A DNA stretch of 39,735 bases from Candidatus Cloacimonadota bacterium (GCA_014382495.1 JACNJR010000022.1:1-39735), one strand, 5' to 3'. Numbered from the stretch's first letter, positions 1 to 8,873 are shown. The notes: generated from the sequence alone by a model not told the origin. Translations and numbers: made by a program.

Positions 1-2272
1 CGGGATTGGCTGCTACCATACCTCCTGACGCTAAATCGCCAAGCGTAAATCCAGTGTAGTTCGCATTATCACAATAAAGTACAAATTGAAATGAAATCGC
101 ACCATCAGATTCTGTTAATGCATATGATTCATCCTCTGCAATTGTTATTGTGTTTCCTTCGCTATAAACATAAATCATCGCTTCGTCTAAACTTCTACTT
201 CCTCCTTTTCCACCTTCAACTGGGAATTCTGTAATGATGCCAGCGGAGTATTGCAGAATAAGTGCGGCGTCGTATGCGGAGACATTATCGTCACCATTCA
301 CATCGCCGGCAGTAAGCTGGTCATCAGTCCAATCTGAGATAATACCAGCAGAATATTGGAGAACGAGTGCAGCGTCGTATGCAGAAACATTATCGTCACC
401 ATTCACATCGCCGTAAGTTCCTGTCCAGCCACCGCTTTCTGGGAATTCAATTTCAATTGCAGCATATTCCATTGTTCCGCCATCTGCAGCGCCAAATCCG
501 TGAATAGAAGAGCCGAAACTGTTATCATCGAGGAACATCAGATGAACTTTTCCGTGTGTGTCGTCCACATATTCCACTTTATCGCCTGGATAGACATAGC
601 AAGGAAGCATTCCGTTTAATTCAGATGCGTAATTATCGCTATTTGGATTTGCATCTATGTATAATACATCCGACCAAGTTGCGCCATTATCGGAAGATAC
701 TGAGAAAGCCATTTGAGAATATTCCATCCAATCAGCATAATCTTCATCGCCGTCATTAGCATATTTATTATACAATCCATCGTGCCATACAGCAACAAGC
801 CATCCCATATCTTCATTGCCAACTATTTTGAAGACATTTTCATGGAATGCAGTATCGTTGTCATAGAAGTAAATTGGCCAGCCAGAATAGAATAAGATAT
901 CTCCATAATATTCAGATTCCGAATCTTCGACGAATTCATCAACAGCGCCATCATTATTTGTATCCCACGGGAGATACATTTCATCTTCAGCAAAGTATGT
1001 CTGGTCTTGGGCAAAATCTTCGTGAATAGGTGCTTCAAGATTATGATAATGGAATGTCTTGGTTGCAAAATCAAATGTGATATGTTTTGGGAAAATGATG
1101 TATGGATAGTAGAAACTATCTCCTGCAGCATCTGGATATGTTTGCAAGCCCATTGCACCGGTCATATGCAGGTTACCATCTGCATCAAAGATCGCATTTT
1201 GATGTCCGGAATTTACGAAACCGAAATACATATCATAAGGAGTTCCATCTTCTGCTACAAATGTTGGGTCACCGAACATATCGAGCGGATTATCGACAGG
1301 ATACTGGCAATTTAGTGTGACAGGTTCTTCCCAAGTAACTCCGCAATCTTCACTCCAAAGGACAAATAATTCGTCCCCGCCAGTATCGTAAACAGAGTAA
1401 CCCATATAGGCAACGACATCGCCATTTACAGCCATTGCTTTCATCGCTCTTGCCCATTCAGGATCTTCAGCATGCATATCATCAAAGTAATCAAATTGTT
1501 GGTATGTCCAATTTAAATCAAGTTGTGCATCAAGTTCAGCAGAACTAAAATCTGCATAACCGAGTAAAACATTTTCAGAAGGTAAATCTGATCCGCCAGT
1601 AGAGGAAGTTGCATTATTACCAGTAACGAATACTCTGTTGTATCCAGCAGTTGGTGAATTTCCTACATAAGTATATGGCCAGATAAATTCATCCGGATCG
1701 TGATCGGTAAATTCAATCACATGATAAGGATCTTTCCACAGACCTGGACCACCCATTAGATGGAATAGGTCATAAGTAAATAGACAATCCCAGTTGGCGC
1801 CAGCCGATTGATGCCAAGTGCAGAATGGGTCTGCAGTAACGGGGTCAATATCAATTCCGCCATATCCTTCCCAAATATCGGAACCGGCAATAGTTGCATT
1901 TCCAGTCAAATTACCACTTGCATTAATATAGGCATAATACTCTCGTCGGTTTGCCACAGAGGTTTCTTGTCCGTGGTAAATCATATAGACACCACCAGCA
2001 GGATAGTAATATGGTTCAGAAACATCGGGTTGAACTCTTACGGGTAAGCTGTTGTAACTACCTGGCATATAATCGTAATATGTAGTAGTTAGATCAATTG
2101 GGTCAACAACAAATTGATAAGCTGGAACATCTCGAGTGATTTTTCTTACTGGAACTTTTTCATTCGCCAGCTGTCGAATGGGGATTTTTGTTTTAGCCGG
2201 TTGCATAATTTCATTTGCAAACAGGCCAAAAACAAATGTACTGATAATTAAAAGAACAATGAATTTTTTCAT
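1..2272 (-). CDS. Secreted BNR/Asp-box repeat protein with a tandem dockerin-type repeat pair and a possible cohesin-like tail. Partial: the 3' end lies beyond the window.
   Basis: This ORF is absent from the ORF track because no stop codon falls inside the window. Hand translation from the ATG at 2272..2270 (GGAG 5 nt upstream) stays open down to position 2. The N-terminus MKKFIVLLIISTFVFGLFA looks like a signal peptide. Two Asp-box motifs are present (SEDCGVTW, SSDNGATW). Two copies of GDVNGDDNVSAYDAAL(V/I)LQYSAGII match the dockerin EF-hand-like repeat. Confidence 0.75.
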   Translation of the reverse strand, partial: MKKFIVLLIISTFVFGLFANEIMQPAKTKIPIRQLANEKVPVRKITRDVPAYQFVVDPIDLTTTYYDYMPGSYNSLPVRVQPDVSEPYYYPAGGVYMIYHGQETSVANRREYYAYINASGNLTGNATIAGSDIWEGYGGIDIDPVTADPFCTWHQSAGANWDCLFTYDLFHLMGGPGLWKDPYHVIEFTDHDPDEFIWPYTYVGNSPTAGYNRVFVTGNNATSSTGGSDLPSENVLLGYADFSSAELDAQLDLNWTYQQFDYFDDMHAEDPEWARAMKAMAVNGDVVAYMGYSVYDTGGDELFVLWSEDCGVTWEEPVTLNCQYPVDNPLDMFGDPTFVAEDGTPYDMYFGFVNSGHQNAIFDADGNLHMTGAMGLQTYPDAAGDSFYYPYIIFPKHITFDFATKTFHYHNLEAPIHEDFAQDQTYFAEDEMYLPWDTNNDGAVDEFVEDSESEYYGDILFYSGWPIYFYDNDTAFHENVFKIVGNEDMGWLVAVWHDGLYNKYANDGDEDYADWMEYSQMAFSVSSDNGATWSDVLYIDANPNSDNYASELNGMLPCYVYPGDKVEYVDDTHGKVHLMFLDDNSFGSSIHGFGAADGGTMEYAAIEIEFPESGGWTGTYGDVNGDDNVSAYDAALVLQYSAGIISDWTDDQLTAGDVNGDDNVSAYDAALILQYSAGIITEFPVEGGKGGSRSLDEAMIYVYSEGNTITIAEDESYALTESDGAISFQFVLYCDNANYTGFTLGDLASGGMVAANP
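239..412 (-). repeat. Two about 69-nt direct repeats with a 105-nt (35-codon) period, encoding the two dockerin repeat segments
   Basis: I hand-aligned 239-307 against 344-412 and found about 60 of 69 positions identical. Both translate on the minus strand to GDVNGDDNVSAYDAALxLQYSAGI. Confidence 0.85.
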
Positions 2273-2336
2273 TTTTTCTCCTTTTTTCTTTAGTTGGTTA
2301 ATATCTCAAATGGCATATTATTATGCCGCCTATCAA

Positions 2337-3383
2337 TTAAAATTTCATCTTCATAGAAAATCTCATCGGTCCCGTAAGAAAGCTACCGTCTAATTTCTCT
2401 TCCAAATCCCCGAAACGAGAGTAAGAGAAATCAAGGTCTAAGATAGCCACCGATGTTGGGATTTTCCAACCTAAGCCAAATGATAAACCTTGGCAATCTA
2501 AATTAAATTGATATCCAGATCTCAAAAAGAATGTTCCAACGCAATATTCAACTCCTAAATTATATGTTTCCAATCTATCAACGCAATTGTCCAATTGAAA
2601 TACAGCATCAACTGATTGCAATTTTTCTTTGTAGAGATTCATTGCAATTCCGAGCGAAAAATTCATAGGAATTGGAAAGTCCAACTCCTCGCGATCTTCA
2701 TCAATCAAGCCATCGCCATCGTTGTCAAGCAGGTCGAATGGGTCTTCATCAATAGCGCCATCATTGTCATTATCTAAAGTATATTTCAAATTTGGTCCGA
2801 AGTTTCTCAAGCTCATACCGATTGTCAAATCGCGCCAACCTGTATCGTATAAACTTCCGAGGTCAACGCTCCAACCGTTAACATAATACTCATCTAAATT
2901 TTCTCGCAGATATTTGCCGGTAATTCCGAAGGAGAATTTGTCAGTCAATCGGGAAGCGTAAGATACTCCTGCCATAATATCGCTGCAAGTAAAATACATA
3001 CCGTTCCATCCATAAATTTCTTCAGTGGTAACTTCCATCCAATCCATATGCAGAATTGATCCAGTAAAAGCAAATGTGCCAACTGAAGTGTTGAAAGCAT
3101 AAGTTGCATATTCGAAATTTATATCAGCCACATAGCTAAGATGATTGAGAAAAAGTTCGCTACCATTTGTATAAGCCAAGCCAGCAGGATTCCAATATGA
3201 AGCTGATGCGCCTTTTGCGTATGGCGTATATGCTTCACCCATTCCGATTCCGCGAGCATCAATACCAAGTTTCAGAAATTGCAGACCAGCAGTTCCGACT
3301 TTGGGAAAAATTTCAGCTGAAAGAAAATTTGGCACAATAGATAAGATCATTAGAATTATTACTATCCTTTTCATTTCAAGCAT
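2337..3383 (-). CDS. PorV/PorQ-family outer-membrane beta-barrel (T9SS shuttle-type protein) with an acidic loop insertion
   Basis: It has a signal peptide. The N-terminal signature VGTAGLQFLKLGIDARGIGMGEAYTPYAKGASASYWNPAGLA is typical of the PorV/PorQ family. Alternating beta-strand patterns run throughout, and the C-terminal residue is aromatic (KMKF). An AAAGGA SD lies upstream of the ATG. Confidence 0.8.
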   Translation of the reverse strand: MLEMKRIVIILMILSIVPNFLSAEIFPKVGTAGLQFLKLGIDARGIGMGEAYTPYAKGASASYWNPAGLAYTNGSELFLNHLSYVADINFEYATYAFNTSVGTFAFTGSILHMDWMEVTTEEIYGWNGMYFTCSDIMAGVSYASRLTDKFSFGITGKYLRENLDEYYVNGWSVDLGSLYDTGWRDLTIGMSLRNFGPNLKYTLDNDNDGAIDEDPFDLLDNDGDGLIDEDREELDFPIPMNFSLGIAMNLYKEKLQSVDAVFQLDNCVDRLETYNLGVEYCVGTFFLRSGYQFNLDCQGLSFGLGWKIPTSVAILDLDFSYSRFGDLEEKLDGSFLTGPMRFSMKMKF

Positions 3384-3433
3384 CAGATCCTTTCTTTATT
3401 GGATCTTGTCAATTTGCTCAAATATTTTTGACC

Positions 3434-3462
3434 AATATCCAATATTATAATAATTTTGTCAA
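3434..3462 (-). promoter_or_regulatory. Candidate sigma70-type promoter for the PorV-like gene (TTGACA, 17-nt spacer, GATATT)
   Basis: The reverse complement of 3457-3462 is TTGACA. A 17-nt spacer follows (3440-3456), and the reverse complement of 3434-3439 is GATATT. The site lies about 50 nt upstream of the ATG at 3383, inside the only large (115 nt) gap of the block. This is a sequence match only. Confidence 0.3.
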
Positions 3463-3498
3463 GAAAAATTTTATATTTTAATTTATTCATTTTATTTA

Positions 3499-6400
3499 TT
3501 ACTTAATAATAACAAATTTATCAACTTTTCTGTATCCGCTATCGTGATCTTCCACAGAATAAAGATAGATACCACTTGCGATAATCTGGTCATATCGTGA
3601 CAGCATATCCCATTCGTGAATTCCACTTGCGGAAATACCTGTTGGTGATGCTTTGCTTGGATTGATAACATCCACAGAATGTGCGCCGTTATGTTCTATT
3701 TTATCGACAAGGTCGCCAGCAAGCGTGAATATTTTTATAGTACAATTTTCTGGAAGATTAACAAACCAAATGCGTTTACTTCTGTCGCCCTTATCATCAT
3801 TAGCTCGTCTTCCATCAAACTTGCTTTGACCGAGATATGGATTTGGCACAACATAAATATTATCCATTTCATTTTTAGCGGCAGGACCTGGGAAAATAGT
3901 TTTCATATTAGCATCTTTTCCAGATTCAAGTGATTGTAGGTCTTTATCTGGAATTCCTCTGTCAAATGTAGTTACGGAAATATAATTTTCCACGCCCTTA
4001 TCAGGATACTCTATTGTATATTTATAATATCTTCTTGAAAGTCGTTCTTTTTTGAGTTCAGTTAGACCTTGCGGGTGGCTTTGGCCGAGATGTCCTTTAA
4101 GAGGAATTAATGCATCGTCATATAAAGCCAAAAAGAGTTCATCTGAAATATTTGGATTTGGATTTTTGAAAAGAAGAGCTTCCTGCTCCTTAACACCAGT
4201 GCATTCAGCAATGACATCGATGCTGTCGAGAGTATTGTAAAGCGGAGTTCCATAAACAGTATCACCAACTGCAATTTTAGTAAAACTGTATAAATCATCA
4301 AATCTGTAATAATTAGTCCAACTTGTTGTATCTCCGTATACGATATCGTTCCCATCAACTATATGTGATTGAGGTAAGCCATTATTAATGCCGAGAAATC
4401 CGCCGAAGTTCACTTCGTAAGTTGGATCTTCTAAATTTTGACAGACGGAATAATCTGCAAAATCTTGTGGAGTATCAATTTTATCCCATCTTCCCACCTT
4501 CGTCCAAGCACCTTCAAGGCCAGACTTGGACCTTTTCCACAATGTATAACCTTGGAAATCGTGTCGCAATCTATCTGCTGTCCAAGGATTTACTGATGCA
4601 TTATCATTTCTGTTAATCGGTTTTGTGTAATCTATCTCTCCATTTGACAATGTGTCCCAAGGTGCAAATTCTGCTGGGAAATATCCATATTCTTCAAGTT
4701 GTTCATCATAATTATCAATATAACTATCGAGAAAATTATTTCCCGTTTCCTCTTGCCAACCGATAGCACCTTTTGTGACATTCATTCTATCAACGGTAAA
4801 TTCTGAGCGATTATCCCAGTAAACAAAAACAGAATCTCCATCTTCTGATTGTTGGCATGTCATTTTTGGATAATCTGGTGGGCCTGGCGCTTCATAATGT
4901 TTGAATGTGTCGGGCAGAATAACGGTAGTCAAAGTTTGTGCTTCACCATAAATTATTTTTGACCATTCGGAAGTTCGTTTTATCTCCTCCGGACTCTCTC
5001 CAGGAAAGATTCCGATAACAATTTTCATTGTTTCGTATGGAGCGAGATTCCAACTTGCTGTATCTGGTTCGGTAAGACCTTTCATATTTCCACAGAACCC
5101 AAAGAGAAAGCGTGTGTCGCAAGGATCACTTTCTTGTGTTTCTGGTTCATCTCTCAAAGAGGTAAATTTATTATCATCAGGATTTCTATCTGTCAGAAGC
5201 CAATATTTTTGGTTTCGATTATCTTGTGTATTTGGATCTCCATCGTGAGGACCGTCACCTCTTTTCCAAGTCCAACAAGCGAAATCAAGTTGATCTGGAT
5301 CGGGTGTACAAACCCTTGCGCCGATATATCCTGTGGTAAGTCCGCCATCTTGGTCGGCATCGTAAGTGTATGCAAATTCATATCCTTCGCCAGAAACATA
5401 ACTGCTTATATCTTCGAGGGAACGAGGATCTCCACCCCAAGATTGAGGACCGACATCGCAATCCATATATATACCCATCGCACAATCGTACAATGTGTCT
5501 AATGGATTCATATTTGTGATATCAAATTCTACATAGATTAAATTTTTGATATACTCATAACTCCACTGAAAACTTACCTGGCGGACTCGGACATTCAACG
5601 GTTTATGTTCCTGCCCAGTCCCGCTTCCCCAGGTTCTCTCACCTGATGTACCGAATGGACTATAATCGTAATAATAACCAAGATAATCTTGCTCTGAAAG
5701 TGGATATCCATCTTCATCTTGTAATCCATCGCCATCATCATCCTGCGGTCGTGCAAAGTTGTATAAGCTATCAGTATCGTCAAATCCTAAATCCAAAAAG
5801 CCAAGCGGAAACCAAATATCAATATTATCGTTGATTTCACCTACATCGCATTGTGTATTTTCAACTACTCCGCGAAATTCATGAGTCCCACTGGAAAATG
5901 TGCTAAATTGTGAAGGGACGCTATGGCGGTATGGAAAAGCAAATCCGGCAGGGTCTTCATCAATCAAGCCATCGCCATCATCGTCAATGCCCATCTGCTG
6001 TTCTCTAATCGATGATTCCAAAACACCATCAGATAAATTATTTTCGTCATACAAAGAGCCAAGAGCATTCTCTTCCAACTGATTATATGCGGGAAGATAT
6101 TCATACATATCTGCATCGCCATCGAATCCGACTGAGACCAAAGTATCAATAACTCTTCCAAATCCTACATTTGTTGTTCCTGTCTCGTCTTGGTCCGCAT
6201 TCTGCCAGTAGAGTTCATCTCCGTAAGAATTTCGTCTCTGCTTACAAGCACCAAACCATAATGCGCCTTGATAAAGATAGTCAATACCAGAACCGCCTGG
6301 ATATTCCAGAGATGGCCATTGTGGAGTTACATCATCTCCTGAACCGAAGAAACCATAGTTGCTGATTCTCATCCAGATATTACCGACATTGTGGTAATGG

Positions 6401-6528
6401 AAAATATCTAATCTTTTGCTGCCAGAACCACTTTGTATAGCTTTTGTAAATGCGAGAGAAGAAAATCCGATAACGAATAATACGACTAAAAACAACATCA
6501 AATTCTTTCTTTTTGAGCTGAAAAGCAT
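3499..6528 (-). CDS. Large secreted T9SS cargo protein of unknown function (1009 aa) with acidic DxDGDGLxDED motifs
   Basis: It has a signal peptide (LMLFLVVLFVIGFSSLAFT) and a GGAGG SD 4 nt upstream of the start. Two acidic Ca-binding-type motifs are present (IDDDGDGLIDEDP, QDDDGDGLQDEDG). The C-terminus is a T9SS sorting domain. I recognised no catalytic motif. Confidence 0.85.
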   Translation of the reverse strand: MLFSSKRKNLMLFLVVLFVIGFSSLAFTKAIQSGSGSKRLDIFHYHNVGNIWMRISNYGFFGSGDDVTPQWPSLEYPGGSGIDYLYQGALWFGACKQRRNSYGDELYWQNADQDETGTTNVGFGRVIDTLVSVGFDGDADMYEYLPAYNQLEENALGSLYDENNLSDGVLESSIREQQMGIDDDGDGLIDEDPAGFAFPYRHSVPSQFSTFSSGTHEFRGVVENTQCDVGEINDNIDIWFPLGFLDLGFDDTDSLYNFARPQDDDGDGLQDEDGYPLSEQDYLGYYYDYSPFGTSGERTWGSGTGQEHKPLNVRVRQVSFQWSYEYIKNLIYVEFDITNMNPLDTLYDCAMGIYMDCDVGPQSWGGDPRSLEDISSYVSGEGYEFAYTYDADQDGGLTTGYIGARVCTPDPDQLDFACWTWKRGDGPHDGDPNTQDNRNQKYWLLTDRNPDDNKFTSLRDEPETQESDPCDTRFLFGFCGNMKGLTEPDTASWNLAPYETMKIVIGIFPGESPEEIKRTSEWSKIIYGEAQTLTTVILPDTFKHYEAPGPPDYPKMTCQQSEDGDSVFVYWDNRSEFTVDRMNVTKGAIGWQEETGNNFLDSYIDNYDEQLEEYGYFPAEFAPWDTLSNGEIDYTKPINRNDNASVNPWTADRLRHDFQGYTLWKRSKSGLEGAWTKVGRWDKIDTPQDFADYSVCQNLEDPTYEVNFGGFLGINNGLPQSHIVDGNDIVYGDTTSWTNYYRFDDLYSFTKIAVGDTVYGTPLYNTLDSIDVIAECTGVKEQEALLFKNPNPNISDELFLALYDDALIPLKGHLGQSHPQGLTELKKERLSRRYYKYTIEYPDKGVENYISVTTFDRGIPDKDLQSLESGKDANMKTIFPGPAAKNEMDNIYVVPNPYLGQSKFDGRRANDDKGDRSKRIWFVNLPENCTIKIFTLAGDLVDKIEHNGAHSVDVINPSKASPTGISASGIHEWDMLSRYDQIIASGIYLYSVEDHDSGYRKVDKFVIIK
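3502..3858 (-). other. Region encoding the T9SS C-terminal sorting domain (type A/FlgD-Ig-like) of the 1009-aa protein
   Basis: The last 119 residues read IYVVPNPYLGQ...IKIFTLAGDLVDKI...SGIYLYSVED...KFVIIK. This matches the VyPNP...i.IftlsG.lV...GiY.y...gKfvi.K pattern of T9SS CTDs. Confidence 0.75.
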
Positions 6529-6562
6529 TACACCTCCGAATCTATAATAAAAATTTTCATAA

Positions 6563-7201
6563 TTAAAAACTAAATTTGATGGGAAAAGTTACCCAGACAG
6601 CAACCGCTTTTCCCTGATTTTTTGCTGGAATGAATTTCCATTTTCTTACAGCTCTAATCGCAGCTTCATCTAGTCCGCCAGGTCCAGATTGGAGTGATTG
6701 GATGACATCTACAGCACCGACAGTTCCATCTGCAAAAACTTCTGCCTGAACAACAACGGTTCCTTCCAAACCACTCTTTTTCGCAAAATCTGTATATTCT
6801 GGCCAGACCTTCTTGATTGCGATTGGCTCTTCATCGTGAACGACAAATTTTGGAGTTGTACCAACACTACTGACTGGAGGAGGTTTTGTCAAATCAAGAG
6901 TAGTCGGTCCAATCGTTTCGATTTCCTCAATATCCTCATCGTCAGACATTTCAGATTCCTCAATAGTAAGTGGAATAATTGGTTTTACCTCTTCAGGCGG
7001 TTTGAATTTCTGTCTAACTTCTGGAGGAATTTCGATACTTTGAATCTCTTTCATTTTGTGTTTATACGGTTTTACTTCAATTTTTGGAAACACGATAAAT
7101 GCGAAGAGAATTAGAAGTAAAGCTAATGTGAGCGAACGGTCAAAATAGCTACTCGCTTCTTCTTTCCAATCTAAAAATTTATATTTTGATTTATTTTGCA
7201 T
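6563..7201 (-). CDS. tonB: Energy transducer TonB
   Basis: It has one N-terminal TM helix, then a Pro/Lys/Glu-rich linker (IPPEVRQKFKPPEEVKPIIP). The C-terminal TonB domain reads VWPEYTDFAKKSGLEGTVVVQAEVFADGTV...AAIRAVRKWKFIPAK. Confidence 0.9.
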   Translation of the reverse strand: MQNKSKYKFLDWKEEASSYFDRSLTLALLLILFAFIVFPKIEVKPYKHKMKEIQSIEIPPEVRQKFKPPEEVKPIIPLTIEESEMSDDEDIEEIETIGPTTLDLTKPPPVSSVGTTPKFVVHDEEPIAIKKVWPEYTDFAKKSGLEGTVVVQAEVFADGTVGAVDVIQSLQSGPGGLDEAAIRAVRKWKFIPAKNQGKAVAVWVTFPIKFSF

Positions 7202-7212
7202 TTTTTTTTGAT

Positions 7213-7620
7213 TTAGCGAAGAACTTTGGCTTCGAATGAAACTCGCAAAGCTTCCGCCTTTTTCAGTTCATTCATAATATCTACCATAAGTCCATAATCA
7301 GCGTCTCTGTCCGTGCGAAAACTTGTGATAATGCTCGGATTTGTAGCGAGTTTTTTCATCATAACATATCGTATTTGGTCGGTTTCTATGGCGAAATCAT
7401 CGATTGAGATAATTCCAGATTTGCTTACATAAATAGTTGCGGCATTTCTGCGATTTATTTTCTGAATCGATTCGGCTTTTGGAAGAATAACATTAAGCCC
7501 TTTTTCCTTCACAAAAGTTGTACTAACCATAAAAAATATTAGCAATAGAAAAGCGATATCAGACATCGAGGCATTCGGAATCTCAGTCGCAATTTTCGTT
7601 TTTCTTTCAATCGTTGCCAT
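7213..7620 (-). CDS. exbD: Biopolymer transport protein ExbD/TolR (second copy)
   Basis: The N-terminus IPNASMSDIAFLLLIFFMVSTTF matches the ExbD TM signature. The size is right at 135 aa. It lies 8 nt downstream of the first exbD. Confidence 0.9.
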   Translation of the reverse strand: MATIERKTKIATEIPNASMSDIAFLLLIFFMVSTTFVKEKGLNVILPKAESIQKINRRNAATIYVSKSGIISIDDFAIETDQIRYVMMKKLATNPSIITSFRTDRDADYGLMVDIMNELKKAEALRVSFEAKVLR

Positions 7621-7628
7621 AAATCCTC

Positions 7629-8042
7629 TTACCTTGTGGAGAGTGAAATTGTCTTCGCGCCCGCTGCAAGCAGTTGGTCAAGCGCTTCTACCATCATATG
7701 ATATTTACATCTTCGGTCTGCTTCAAGCACGAAAACCATTTTTGGATTTTCATTCACTTTTTTTTCTATAATTTTTCTTAAATCGCTATAACTTATGCGT
7801 CGTTCGTCGATAGCGATATCACCTTTTCGGTTAACTTTGATTTTGGTGAGATTCTCTTTTTTGATTTTAACTTTTTGGCCGCCAGTTTCTGCGTGAGGAG
7901 GTAGAATCAAACCGAGTCCTTTTTTCGCATCAAATTTCGTCGTAACAAGAAAGAAAATTAGCAGAAGAAACGCCACATCTGCCATTGAAGCAGTTGGAAT
8001 ACTCGCTTTTTTTCGCACCTTTTTTTGCTTTACAATATTCAT
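7629..8042 (-). CDS. exbD: Biopolymer transport protein ExbD/TolR (first copy)
   Basis: It carries IPTASMADVAFLLLIFFLVTTKF and is 137 aa. Its start lies 2 nt after the exbB stop. Confidence 0.9.
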   Translation of the reverse strand: MNIVKQKKVRKKASIPTASMADVAFLLLIFFLVTTKFDAKKGLGLILPPHAETGGQKVKIKKENLTKIKVNRKGDIAIDERRISYSDLRKIIEKKVNENPKMVFVLEADRRCKYHMMVEALDQLLAAGAKTISLSTR

Positions 8043-8044
8043 AT

Positions 8045-8854
8045 TTATTTAGATTCTAAAATTGCTTCTGATAATTTTTCAGAACCGGTCTGCATATCAA
8101 TTATTAAGCCGTCAATTGCTGAAACGAAGAAATTATTAATCAATTGAATTGGAATTGCCACGGCGAGTCCAGCAGCAGTTGTAACCAAAGCGACAGAAAT
8201 TCCGCCAGCGACGATTGTTGGTTCAACTTCTCCGGCAGCTTCGATTGCCTCAAATGCTTGAATCATTCCGACGACTGTTCCGAGAAATCCCAGCATAGGC
8301 GCAAGATTGATTGTTGTCGCAAGTGCGATTAATCCTTTTTCGAGAAAAGACATCTCCAAAATTCCTGCATTCTCAATCGCTTTCTCAACTTCTTCAATCC
8401 CTTTATCCGCCTTCAATAATCCGGAATGAAGGATTGTTGCGACAGGACCGCGAGTTTCCGAACAGAGTTTGAGCGCTTCATCATATTTCTTTTCTGCTAC
8501 AAGTGGATTTAGTTGTTCCATAAAATCATGAACAGAAATTTTTGCATATCTCAAGGCAATAATTTTCCAAATAGAAGTTGCCAATGCCCAGATAACAAGA
8601 ATCAGCATAGGCCACATAACCCATCCACCTTTGATGAAGAGTTCAACTAAACCGCTACCGACGATTTTTTTCGCAAATGCTTCAAATCCGCCACCAGTTT
8701 TAGCAACTTCAGTTTCAATAACCTCTTCGACGGCAGAAGTTGTGTCTTCTGCAACTTCATTCTCTTCGGCGTTCAGCACTAAAGCGATTGACAAAATAAT
8801 CACAAAGGCAATCGTTGCCAGGATTAGAATTCTGAATTTCTTACTTTTATTCAC
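8045..8854 (-). CDS. exbB: MotA/TolQ/ExbB proton-channel protein with an N-terminal periplasmic extension
   Basis: A GTG start at 8854..8852 is preceded by a TAAGGAGGA SD. The C-terminal region LAPMLGFLGTVVGMIQAF...GGISVALVTTAAGLAVAIP is the ExbB/TolQ signature. Confidence 0.9.
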   Translation of the reverse strand: MNKSKKFRILILATIAFVIILSIALVLNAEENEVAEDTTSAVEEVIETEVAKTGGGFEAFAKKIVGSGLVELFIKGGWVMWPMLILVIWALATSIWKIIALRYAKISVHDFMEQLNPLVAEKKYDEALKLCSETRGPVATILHSGLLKADKGIEEVEKAIENAGILEMSFLEKGLIALATTINLAPMLGFLGTVVGMIQAFEAIEAAGEVEPTIVAGGISVALVTTAAGLAVAIPIQLINNFFVSAIDGLIIDMQTGSEKLSEAILESK

Positions 8855-8873
8855 TTTTATTCCTCCTTAGTTT

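Noticed and set aside
239-412. The direct repeats could be mistaken for a mini CRISPR array or a mobile-element end
   Set aside because: There are only two copies. They are imperfect, in-frame, and encode a known protein repeat (dockerin). There is no spacer architecture.
2312-2327. The hairpin GGCATA-TTAT-TATGCC between the PorV-like gene and the BNR/dockerin gene, as a terminator
   Set aside because: The stem is only 6 bp and AT-rich, and no U-tract follows on the transcribed (minus) strand. This is insufficient for a terminator call.
234-2393. Many short plus-strand ORFs in the track (234..416, 356..619, 1007..1315, 1808..2047, 2136..2393 and others) and the minus-strand ORF 823..1158
   Set aside because: They all lie inside or antisense to the long open minus-strand frame 1..2272, which has a signal peptide, Asp-boxes and dockerin repeats. 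The repeated PAEY...SAASYAETLSSPFTSP peptide of 234..416 is just the antisense reading of the dockerin repeats.
7202-7212. A poly-A tract immediately upstream of the tonB ATG, with no Shine-Dalgarno sequence
   Set aside because: The gap to the preceding exbD stop is only 11 nt, so re-initiation or coupling explains translation. A-rich leaders are also functional. This is not evidence of anything unusual.
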